Shown here piece after piece: positions 42,855-50,270 of a DNA stretch of 50,270 nt. This stretch comes from a virus. Its lineage: Duplodnaviria; Caudoviricetes. The DNA lies in the IMG/VR virus record IMGVR_UViG_3300044260_000061, positions 1 to 50,270 of that record. The stretch is one strand, 5' to 3'. The translations under genes and the position numbers were made by a program. Each line of letters begins with the position of its first letter. Position 1 is the stretch's first letter. The notes under the pieces are model-generated. The model was not told the origin of the DNA, searched no databases, and was given only the letters and a program-made list of their open reading frames with translations.

Positions 42855-43094
42855 AGCGGAGGGCGCGCTCGACGGTGCCGACGAGATCGGCGAGGCGGAC
42901 GACATGCGAGCGGCTCACGATGACCCGTCCCGGCTCCCTCTCCATGCCCCACTCCTTGCCCCAGGCGCGCATCTTCGCCGACCACGGTGCAGCGGGAGGT
43001 CCCATCGGTGGCTGGAGACGAAACGGAACTTCGTCGCGTGATGGTCGACCGAGTTGACGGATGCCCTACGCTACAGGTCGTGTGAGGTGAGCGC

Positions 43095-43763
43095 ATGGCC
43101 ACCAAGCCCTGCCCCTTCTGTGCGGAGCAGATTCAGGACGCGGCCGTCTTCTGCCGACACTGCCACCATGACCTGAAGACCGGCAGCATCGAAGGACCGG
43201 CGGCAGACGGGCCGCGGCGGTACTGGAGTCCGGGCATCGCGGGGCTCCTGTCGTTCCTGATGCCCGGCGCCGGGTCGATGTACAAGGGCGACGTCGCCCT
43301 CGGGATCCTGCTATTCGTGCTGACCGTCGGCGGGTACTTCCTCTTCTTCGTGCCCGGCCTTGTCCTGCACCTGGTCGCCATCGTCGTGGCCACCTCCGGC
43401 GATCCGACCCGTGATCCGGCCGGTCGGCCCGGTCCAACCGTCGCAGCCCTCGCTGCCGAGCAGCGGCGCGCGATCCCTGCCACGCCCGGGCAACTGGCCA
43501 GCGCCAGGAAGAGGGCACGGATCGGCTGGGCTGTGGCCGGCGTCGCGCTCGTCGCGCTCGCGGCCCTCCTGCTCGCGGCCGCGCGGATCGGCGCACCGAC
43601 TCCGACGGGCATCTCCGGGAGGGATCTGGATCTCGCCGACAACCTGCGGTCGATCGCCGCCGCCACGCTCGTGGTGATGCTCATCGCCGGCGGCTATGGC
43701 GTGGAGATGACCACGAGGGTCGCCGATCTCAATCGACGGCTCCGCGCGTCCAAGGGACGGTAG
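43095..43763 (+). CDS. zinc-ribbon plus TM2-like membrane protein (222 aa), candidate superinfection exclusion
   Basis: KPCPFCAEQI...FCRHC, SPGIAGLLSFLMPGAGSMYKG and several TM helices; between repressor and integrase. Confidence 0.7.
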   Translation: MATKPCPFCAEQIQDAAVFCRHCHHDLKTGSIEGPAADGPRRYWSPGIAGLLSFLMPGAGSMYKGDVALGILLFVLTVGGYFLFFVPGLVLHLVAIVVATSGDPTRDPAGRPGPTVAALAAEQRRAIPATPGQLASARKRARIGWAVAGVALVALAALLLAAARIGAPTPTGISGRDLDLADNLRSIAAATLVVMLIAGGYGVEMTTRVADLNRRLRASKGR

Positions 43764-43768
43764 CCGCG

Positions 43769-44833
43769 GTGCGCGGTGACGGCTCCCTCATCCTCCGCGG
43801 CCGCGTCTGGTACGCCCGGATCTACGAGCGCGGCCGAGAGATCCGGGAGTCCCTCCGGACCACGGACCCCGACCTGGCCGAGCGGCGCTTCGTCGCCCTC
43901 CGGAAGAAGCGCGAGCGCGGGACCTACCTCGACCCCTCCCAGCGGCGGATTCGCGTGGACGAGCTGCTCGACGACCTGGTGCTCCACCTCGAGGTCCGCG
44001 GCGCCGCCAGTCTCCCGAAGGTCCGCTCGCATCTCAAGGCCGTCCGCAGCGAGGTCGGCCGCCGCCCCGCGCACGCGCTCGACACGGCGACCCTCGAGCG
44101 GATGCAACGTGCCTGGCTCCGAGCCGGCGCCGCGCCGGCGACCGTCAACCGTCGCTGCGAGCTCCTACGCCAGGCCCTGCGCCTCGCGGCCAGGCGCCGG
44201 CCGCCGAAGGTGGTGGATGCGCCCCACGTCCCCCTCCTGAGCGTTCAGAACGCGCGCCAGGGCTTCCTGGGTCAGGGCGACGTCGCGCGCCTCCTGGCGG
44301 GGCTGGTGGACGTCGACGTGCGGGATTTCGTGGAGTGGGCCGCGTGGACCGGGATGCGGCCGGGCGAGATCCGGCAACTCACCTGGGAGATGGTCGACCT
44401 GCAGGCCGCCACCCTCACCGTCGCGCCGCAGGTCGCGAAGACGCGGCGCGGCCGCGTGCTCGCCCTCGTGGGCCCCCTCCTCGCGATCGTCCAGCGGCGC
44501 CTCGCGCGCCGGCGCCTCGGCTGCGCCCTGGTGTTCCACCGCGCCTCGAAGGGCCGGCTGGGCGCCCCCGTGCTCGACTACCGCCGCGCCTGGCGCGTCG
44601 CGCTGAAGGCGGCGAAGCTGCCCCTCACCCTCCGACCCTACGACCTGCGAAGGAGCGCGCTCCGCAACCTGATCCGGTCCGGGACGCACGAAACCGTGGC
44701 CATGGCCATCTCGGGGCACCGCACCAGGAGCACCTTCGACCGCTACAACATCACCTCGACCGACGACGTCGCGGCCGCGATCGAGCGCGTTGCCAGCGAG
44801 GACTGGACCTCTCACGGCACCAAGGCGCGCTAA
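43769..44833 (+). CDS. int: tyrosine integrase (354 aa)
   Basis: Arm-binding N-terminus; catalytic R (TGMRPGEI), K (AKTRR), YDLRRS, SGHRT and Y (FDRYNI). Confidence 0.95.
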   Translation: MRGDGSLILRGRVWYARIYERGREIRESLRTTDPDLAERRFVALRKKRERGTYLDPSQRRIRVDELLDDLVLHLEVRGAASLPKVRSHLKAVRSEVGRRPAHALDTATLERMQRAWLRAGAAPATVNRRCELLRQALRLAARRRPPKVVDAPHVPLLSVQNARQGFLGQGDVARLLAGLVDVDVRDFVEWAAWTGMRPGEIRQLTWEMVDLQAATLTVAPQVAKTRRGRVLALVGPLLAIVQRRLARRRLGCALVFHRASKGRLGAPVLDYRRAWRVALKAAKLPLTLRPYDLRRSALRNLIRSGTHETVAMAISGHRTRSTFDRYNITSTDDVAAAIERVASEDWTSHGTKAR

Positions 44834-44843
44834 GGTCCGCCCG

Positions 44844-45359
44844 ATGAGAGGCGATGGTTCAGTCATTCGCCGCGGCCGCGTTTGGTACACGCGGATCTAC
44901 GTCGGGGGTAAAGAGATCCGCACGAGCACGGGGGCGACAAATCGGGACGACGCGATCGCGCAGCTCAAAGCGGCGCGGGAGGCTTCGCGAGACTCAGGCC
45001 CTCGAGGCCGGGCCCTGAATGCGGGGCTGCGCAAGATCCACACCGGCACGTTGAGTGGCGCCGACGTGTGCGCCTTGCGTCGGCCACTCGTCTACGCCTG
45101 GTTCCGTGGGGAGGAAGTGCTCTATGTGGGTAAGGGCGCCATGGGAATGTACCGTCCTCTTCACCCCAAGCACCACCGCCTCCACGACATTGCACCCGAC
45201 GATGAACTGCGGTTCTGGGCTTGCGCCAACGCCGCAGAAGCCGAGGCATTCGAAAGCCAACTCATCAAGCGGTGGCGACCTCGGCTGAACCGCCGCCACA
45301 TTCGCACCGCTCACGAGCGTGATCAGGCAAGAATGGCGACTGTAAGTAACTCATTATAA
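44844..45359 (+). CDS. integrase arm-binding-like domain fused to GIY-YIG nuclease domain (171 aa)
   Basis: First 28 aa are 21/28 identical to the integrase N-terminus (hand count). C-half has VYAWFRGEEVLYVGKG...R...AEAFESQLIKRWRPRLN. Confidence 0.75.
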   Translation: MRGDGSVIRRGRVWYTRIYVGGKEIRTSTGATNRDDAIAQLKAAREASRDSGPRGRALNAGLRKIHTGTLSGADVCALRRPLVYAWFRGEEVLYVGKGAMGMYRPLHPKHHRLHDIAPDDELRFWACANAAEAEAFESQLIKRWRPRLNRRHIRTAHERDQARMATVSNSL

Positions 45360-45367
45360 ATACGTTA

Positions 45368-45392
45368 TGGCGGAAGCGGGTGGGAATCGAAC
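45368..45392 (-). other. attP core = 3' end of tRNA-Sec (selC)
   Basis: Minus strand GTTCGATT-CCCAC-CCGCTTCC-G-CCA: T-loop, 5-nt T stem strand, 8-nt acceptor strand, G discriminator, CCA. No 5' tRNA half; an AT-rich tract and IHF-like ATCAACGACTTG lie nearby. Confidence 0.82.
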
Positions 45393-45458
45393 GATCTGAC
45401 GGGGTGGCGGCGACGCCGTGCGGGTGGCGCCCTTGCGCGGCATCAACGACTTGCGGGG

Positions 45459-45478
45459 GCTCTTCGAAAGTCGAGAGC
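45459..45478. terminator. hairpin between the convergent int and tail operons
   Basis: GCTC(T)TCGA-AAG-TCGAGAGC stem; no U-tract. Confidence 0.3.
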
Positions 45479-45531
45479 GGCCTCCGCTAGGCGGCACCCC
45501 TGACAAACGCCGGATCACCTGATCGGCCTTC

Positions 45532-46800
45532 TCAGGGCGACGCGAACGGGCTCTCGGTGAACGGGAGCGCGAAGCTCCGCAGCGATCCCCCGTCCACCGG
45601 GCTCACGAGGCTGTACGTCACCTTGTCGGCGATCCGCCCGTGGTAGACCCGGCCCGTGCCCTCGAACGCGGGGCCCGGCAGCAGCAGCAGCGGGTCGGCC
45701 CCGAACCGGGTCAGGCGCGCGATCTCGCCCCGGATCTGCCGGTAGTGGGCGTCGTTCCTCGTCTTGAACTCCAGGTCGAGCTCGGCCGCCGGCCATGCCT
45801 CATCCGGGATGACCTCCTTCCGCTTCCGGGCGGCCTCGAGGACGAGCTGGCCCGGCGCCGACTCCGTCAGCCCGATGGGGAGCACGGGGCTCCCGGCGAG
45901 GAGCGTGCGAGCCGTCCCGAGCCAGACCTCGCCGAGGACCGGCGGAGGCAGGAGGGCCGACGGCATGGCGATCGACAGCCGCCAGACCTGGGCGAGGACG
46001 GGGGACGTGGCCACCGCGTACATCGACGGCTGCGCCGGCGTGAGGGCGATAGCGGTCCCGGACGGCTGCGGCTGCAGCTCCACCGTCGCGCCGGCCGGGA
46101 GGTTGTGCCCCACGATGGCAGCCAGGTCGACCTCCGCGAAGAGGGCGGGGGCCGAGACGTAGACGTAGGTGGTCGCGCCGTAGGATGCGGCGACCGGCTC
46201 GAGGATGACCCGGTACGTCGTGCGTTCAGTGCGCGCCGTGTCCGCGGCGATCGTCTCCGCGACGTCGAGCCAGGAGTCGTCGGAGGCCTGCTCGCCGGCG
46301 ACGCCGTCGTCCGTCCAGTCGTCCGTCGAGCTCGCCTCCCAGGCCTTCCCCGTCGAGAGGTCGACCACCCGCACGCGGACGCCCGTTGCCGTCGAGGCCC
46401 CGGGGAGCTGCAGCCCGGTGTCGAGCTTCACGGCCTCGCCCGGCATGACCTCGACGTCCTGGGCGATCGGGCGGAAGAGCCGGAGCGCCGAGCGGCCCGC
46501 GTACGTGCCCCAGTCCGGGGGGGCAGCAGGGAGGCCCGGGGAGCCGGCCAGGTAGTTGAGGAGGTCGAACCACCCCGTCGGCGCGTCCGTGCGCTCGCTC
46601 GAGGCCGCGAGCAGGTTCAGGTCGAGGTCCGCCTCGTAGTCGCCCTCGGCGCGCCACTGGAAGGCCCCTCGCTGGTCGGGATAGCCGCTGCCGAGGTTCG
46701 CCAGCGGGAGGAGCGTGTCCTCCACGGCCGGCGAGACGGCGACCGGAGACACGGGCGCGCGGCTCAGGAGGTTGCCGATGCCGTACTTCCAGGCTGCCAT
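45532..46800 (-). CDS. virion structural / distal-tail-like protein (422 aa)
   Basis: Last gene of the tail operon; beta-rich, GEVWLG motif, C-terminal LPFTE. Confidence 0.6.
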   Translation of the reverse strand: MAAWKYGIGNLLSRAPVSPVAVSPAVEDTLLPLANLGSGYPDQRGAFQWRAEGDYEADLDLNLLAASSERTDAPTGWFDLLNYLAGSPGLPAAPPDWGTYAGRSALRLFRPIAQDVEVMPGEAVKLDTGLQLPGASTATGVRVRVVDLSTGKAWEASSTDDWTDDGVAGEQASDDSWLDVAETIAADTARTERTTYRVILEPVAASYGATTYVYVSAPALFAEVDLAAIVGHNLPAGATVELQPQPSGTAIALTPAQPSMYAVATSPVLAQVWRLSIAMPSALLPPPVLGEVWLGTARTLLAGSPVLPIGLTESAPGQLVLEAARKRKEVIPDEAWPAAELDLEFKTRNDAHYRQIRGEIARLTRFGADPLLLLPGPAFEGTGRVYHGRIADKVTYSLVSPVDGGSLRSFALPFTESPFASP

Positions 46801-46809
46801 CTTCGACTC

Positions 46810-47061
46810 CTATCCTGAGCCCGAGACCATCGGGGGCGGCGAGCACCATGGCGGGTTGAGGATCACGTACGATCCGCTGACGTTCGGAGCTCGCGTGAGA
46901 GATGCTCGGCATGGTCCGAGCCCCCCCACGTTCCCCCGCCGCGTCGCCTCGCGCCACGACGTGTAGCCCTCGGCGTACCACGGCATGTACATGCCCGACC
47001 ATGGGCGGGACGTCGTCGTGACCGTCCTCATCGGCGCCGGAAGGGGGACCACGTAGGCCAC
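46810..47061 (-). CDS. hypothetical protein (83 aa)
   Basis: Fills the gap between two tail genes; no motif. Confidence 0.45.
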   Translation of the reverse strand: MAYVVPLPAPMRTVTTTSRPWSGMYMPWYAEGYTSWREATRRGNVGGLGPCRASLTRAPNVSGSYVILNPPWCSPPPMVSGSG

Positions 47062-47062
47062 G

Positions 47063-47944
47063 TCATTCCCACCTGATGCAGACCGAAAAAGCCACGGGGG
47101 CCGTGAAACTCTCGTAGAGGTAGGCGGAGGTCGTGACGTTCCCCCAGAGGGCGATGTACGTCCGGTTCGATCCGAGGAGGGAGAAGGTGTGCTGGCTCGT
47201 CAGAGATGCGTGGGCGTAGGGGATGCAGATGATGTCCCGGGCGAGGAGGAACTCCGCGGCCGTGGCGACGTAGATCGGGAAGACGGGGATCGCCCCGGCC
47301 GAGCCGGGGACCGGCGCGGAGAGGGCGAGCATGCACCCGAGCCCGGTCCGCTGGCTGCTCGACCCGGTCGAGAAGTTCACCTGCTCGTGCTTGGCCCCGG
47401 TCCCACCCTGGAGCATGAAGACGATGAACCCGTTCCCGTCGTCCACCCCGCTCGCGTCAGTCGTGCGCTGGATGACGAACCCGGGTATCGTCGCCGTCAT
47501 CGTCCCGGCCGAGGTGTTCGCCGCCATCACGACTGCAAGGCGCGCTCCTGCGCCGCTGACGTAGTCTGTGCAGCCCACCGCCCCCACGGCCGTGGTGATG
47601 CACTCTGTCCTCGTCGTCTTGTCGCCAGTGATCGTGCCGGCCCCGTCTGAGCCCTCGCCGCAGGTGACCCAGAGCGCCATGTTCGTCACCGTCGAGCCGG
47701 AGCCGTACTCGATCTTGAGGTAGATCCGGGCGCCGGCGACGTTGTCGGACTGGCGGATCTCATACCCGGCGACCGTGTGCGTCGTGCCCGGCTTCGACAC
47801 CGTCGTCCAGTTGATCGTCCCGGAGTCGGTGACGATAGACCAGCCGCAATCCGTCAGCCGGTCCGAGATCCACTTCCCCCTGGTCCTGAACTCCGCGTCA
47901 TTCGTGACGTTCTGCGAGGCGTACCCCTGCGAATAGGTCGACAT
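47063..47944 (-). CDS. putative tail fibre / receptor-binding protein (293 aa)
   Basis: Thr/Gly/Ser-rich; YLKIEYGSGS motif; C-terminal IRWE typical of virion proteins. Confidence 0.6.
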   Translation of the reverse strand: MSTYSQGYASQNVTNDAEFRTRGKWISDRLTDCGWSIVTDSGTINWTTVSKPGTTHTVAGYEIRQSDNVAGARIYLKIEYGSGSTVTNMALWVTCGEGSDGAGTITGDKTTRTECITTAVGAVGCTDYVSGAGARLAVVMAANTSAGTMTATIPGFVIQRTTDASGVDDGNGFIVFMLQGGTGAKHEQVNFSTGSSSQRTGLGCMLALSAPVPGSAGAIPVFPIYVATAAEFLLARDIICIPYAHASLTSQHTFSLLGSNRTYIALWGNVTTSAYLYESFTAPVAFSVCIRWE

Positions 47945-47947
47945 CTC

Positions 47948-49315
47948 TCACCCCAGCGTGTAGTCGATCTGCACGGCCACGTAGCTAACCGTCCCCGTGA
48001 CGCCCCGCACCTCGACGTCGATGTCGCGGCCGGCTGCGACGGCGAGGGCCAAGCCGGCTGACGAGCCCCACGAAGAGCTGGGGCTGAGGTTCGCCCCGAG
48101 CACGTCCGTCCCGTTGTCGGTGACGTTCACCCCGCACGACCCGGACCCGATCATGTAGGCGCGCACCTTCGTGATCGTGACCGCCTGCTCCGTCTGCCAG
48201 AACGGGAAGTTCGTCGAGCCCGCGGGCGGTGCGGCGACGACGAACTGCTTCGAGAGCGCGACCGTCCCCGCCGCGATGGTCCCGGGGACCGCCCAGTCCC
48301 CGTCCGCGCGGAGGACCATGCCCGCCGCGGCCGCGCCCGCCGGGGGCGCCGGCACCGCCCCCGACGCCCCTCCGGTCCCGGCGTCCCCGGTGAAGTCGTC
48401 GATGCCGAGAGTGAGGTCGGCGGTGAGGTCCCCTCCCCCGGTGAGCGGGGCGGTCGTGCTGATCTCCCTCGACGTCGGCACCCCTCCGGACGGCGCGGCG
48501 GCCACCCACCCGCCGGGCGTCGAGTTGTAGGTCAGGACGTCCCCGTCACTCGGGGACGCGGCGTCCACGTCGGTCAGGTCATCGAGGGCGCTCGCCCCGC
48601 CGGCGGCGTCGGCTCCGACGATGGTCGCGCCGTCGCGCTTCAGGTACTTCCCGTCCGCGACCACTCCCATGGTGAGGAGCGTCGGCCCGCCCGTCTCGCG
48701 CAGTCCTCGCACGTCGGGAGACGCGACGCTGCCCCCGAGCTGCCCGGCGAGCGCTGCCTTCTCCGAGTCGAGCTCGTTGATCGCCGCCTGCATGTCGGTT
48801 GCCACGAGGTTTCCGGCGGCGGTGTTGGAGACGTCGCCCCCGGCAAGGCGGCGCGGCTCCCACAGGTGCGTGCTCGCCTTGTAGATGAGGACGTCGAGGT
48901 CGCTCGGGCTCTCGACGCTCACGCCGGACAGCTCCCCGATGGACGGGAGGACCCGCACGTCCACATCCACGGTGCACGCCGCCTCGATGACCTCGAAGAC
49001 CGTCCCGACGAGGATGAGTGGGAGCGGGGCAGCCGGACGCGTCTTCGTGATCGATCCGTCGTCCCTCGCCCAGAGGAGGTCGCCGGCCGCCCACGTCTCG
49101 GAGTTCTGCGCCGTCACGCCGCGCATGGTGCCGCGCCGCATGACGGAGATCGGCTCGGTGAACTCCGAGGTCGTCATCGTCACGCCGAGGATCTTGTGGG
49201 CCGTCGCGAGGCCCGGCTGCTCGTACGCGGTGGGGGTCCACGGGATCACGACGGCGTGGCCGTCGCTGGCGACGTCGTTGATCTGGACGAGCGTGAAGCG
49301 AGCGATGGTCGACAC
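47948..49315 (-). CDS. tail fibre protein (455 aa)
   Basis: IGELSGV and LDDLTDV..GDVLTYN..W repeats; ATDMQAAINELDSEK, LTGGGDLTADLTL, GAVPAPPAG and LRADGDW fibre modules. Confidence 0.8.
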   Translation of the reverse strand: MSTIARFTLVQINDVASDGHAVVIPWTPTAYEQPGLATAHKILGVTMTTSEFTEPISVMRRGTMRGVTAQNSETWAAGDLLWARDDGSITKTRPAAPLPLILVGTVFEVIEAACTVDVDVRVLPSIGELSGVSVESPSDLDVLIYKASTHLWEPRRLAGGDVSNTAAGNLVATDMQAAINELDSEKAALAGQLGGSVASPDVRGLRETGGPTLLTMGVVADGKYLKRDGATIVGADAAGGASALDDLTDVDAASPSDGDVLTYNSTPGGWVAAAPSGGVPTSREISTTAPLTGGGDLTADLTLGIDDFTGDAGTGGASGAVPAPPAGAAAAGMVLRADGDWAVPGTIAAGTVALSKQFVVAAPPAGSTNFPFWQTEQAVTITKVRAYMIGSGSCGVNVTDNGTDVLGANLSPSSSWGSSAGLALAVAAGRDIDVEVRGVTGTVSYVAVQIDYTLG

Positions 49316-50008
49316 CTACGGTCTCCAGATGGCCGACATGGGGGAGCTGCCCCACGGCACCACCTCGACTACCCCCGTCGTGGGCGAGCCGCTCTCGCTG
49401 AACGCGGCGCACTGATAGATCCAGGCCGAGGTGCCGTCGAAGATGGGGGCCACGTCCTCTGAGTAGCCGGCGGGAGAGCGGGAGCCGACGGTCATCGGGT
49501 CGTTCGCGTCGTTGTCGTAGGCCAGCCCGCAGTAGGAGATCAGGGCGCTCGCGAACAGGTGGAGCGCGGTGCCGGTCAGCATGACTCCGTGGGCCTCGGT
49601 GCCCAAGAACGTGTTCAGGGTCCAGTCGCGCCGGCCGGCATCGCTCCCGCCGGGGTAGCCGAAGGCCGTTCCCGTCACCAGAAAGTCGTGGTCGTCGGGA
49701 TCCGGCGGGGGGTTCGTGGGCGTCCAGTGGACGATCGTGTGGCCTCGAAGCGCGAGCTGATCGGTCACGTCGAGCGGGTGGGAGTCGGACCCCCAGTTGC
49801 TCCCGAACCACAGCCGCTTCCCCCCGGGTCCGCAGAAGAACTTCACGGCGTTGTCGACGAGGTCCACGATGCTCACGTCGCGTGAGTAGCCGTAGTCGGT
49901 GAAGGACCAGATGTCCCCGAACCACAAGATGCCGCCCTCGAGCACGACGGGGGCGGCCCCGTTGCGGGCGATCGTCACATCAGAGCCGAGGGGGAGGCGG
50001 ATGCTCAT
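49316..50008 (-). CDS. hypothetical virion protein (230 aa)
   Basis: ATG 50008 overlapping the upstream stop (ATGA); lies in the fibre cluster. Confidence 0.6.
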   Translation of the reverse strand: MSIRLPLGSDVTIARNGAAPVVLEGGILWFGDIWSFTDYGYSRDVSIVDLVDNAVKFFCGPGGKRLWFGSNWGSDSHPLDVTDQLALRGHTIVHWTPTNPPPDPDDHDFLVTGTAFGYPGGSDAGRRDWTLNTFLGTEAHGVMLTGTALHLFASALISYCGLAYDNDANDPMTVGSRSPAGYSEDVAPIFDGTSAWIYQCAAFSESGSPTTGVVEVVPWGSSPMSAIWRP

Positions 50009-50270
50009 GCCGGGTTGTAGCCGTTCACGGCCAGCGAAGCCGCCCACCCGAGGGCGATGAGGACGACTCCGCTACCGCTGGCGACGTAGGCGACGAGGAC
50101 GTCCTCGACGGTGTCCCAGGAGACCTTCCCGACGCCGCCCGCGTAGTCGTCTCCGGCCGCCACGTTCGGGTTCATCTCGATCCGGGACGGCTTCTCGATC
50201 ACCGACTTCGTCGGCTCGTCGTTGAAGACGACCCGCTCGGCGCCGTCGATGCGGGCCTCGCCGTCGTCGT
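50005..50270 (-). CDS. tail fibre-like protein, 3' part (continuation of 487..1)
   Basis: Open to the window end (DDGEARIDGAERVVFNDEPTKSVIEKPSRIEMNP...) and in frame with 487..1. Confidence 0.75.
   Translation of the reverse strand, partial: DDGEARIDGAERVVFNDEPTKSVIEKPSRIEMNPNVAAGDDYAGGVGKVSWDTVEDVLVAYVASGSGVVLIALGWAASLAVNGYNPA

Larger units (their letters stand above)
1..50270. mobile_element. complete temperate lambda-like siphophage genome, circular attP form
   Basis: All phage modules present, no host housekeeping genes, single att core, in-frame end joining. Confidence 0.9.

Noticed and set aside
42851-43057. Plus-strand ORF after the repressor (MKRRARSTV...)
   Set aside because: Low-information composition; the opposite strand has a better RBS and a more protein-like sequence.
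44800-44825. ACTGGAC/ACGGCAC degenerate repeat at the int 3' end as an arm site
   Set aside because: Too degenerate, and no matching copy found by eye on the other side of the att core.
44844-45359. Second integrase or integrase pseudogene
   Set aside because: No core-binding or catalytic integrase motifs follow the first 50 or so residues; the frame is intact and continues into a GIY-YIG-like domain.
45368-45460. Complete tRNA gene
   Set aside because: Only the T-loop to CCA is present; the adjoining sequence cannot form the 5' T-stem strand, anticodon or D arms.
50262-50270. 9-bp terminal direct repeat as physical genome ends or a target-site duplication
   Set aside because: Lies inside a GAC codon run in a coding region; better explained as the circularisation break point.

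Overview
The window reads as one complete, circularly permuted genome of a GC-rich temperate siphophage with lambda-type head genes, captured in its excised (attP) form. A tail-fibre-like ORF runs in frame from position 487 across the window ends to 50005. Most genes are on the minus strand, often coupled by ATGA/GTGA overlaps. The order is: cro/cII/antirepressor, recombination (YqaJ, RecT-like, SMC-like ATPase), C5 methyltransferase, replication initiator with a DnaA-N-like domain, RuvC-like resolvase, SLT endolysin, about 9 kb of envelope/secreted accessory genes, candidate cos, terS/terL, portal, ClpP, decoration, capsid, tail and fibres. On the plus strand are the repressor, a TM2-like membrane protein, a tyrosine integrase, an integrase-arm/GIY-YIG fusion gene, and a two-gene insert in the late region. 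The attP core matches the 3' end of a tRNA-Sec. Most notable: (1) a copy of the integrase N-terminal arm-binding domain fused to a GIY-YIG nuclease beside attP; (2) a secreted protein with a hydrophobic C-terminal hairpin facing a convergent 2-TM gene, a colicin-like toxin/immunity layout; (3) three glycosyltransferase-like domains plus an FkbM methyltransferase bracketing the terminase; (4) a beta-barrel, lipoprotein and paired secreted LamG genes, preceded by a highly structured intergenic region. All family calls come from motif recognition by eye; no searches were run.
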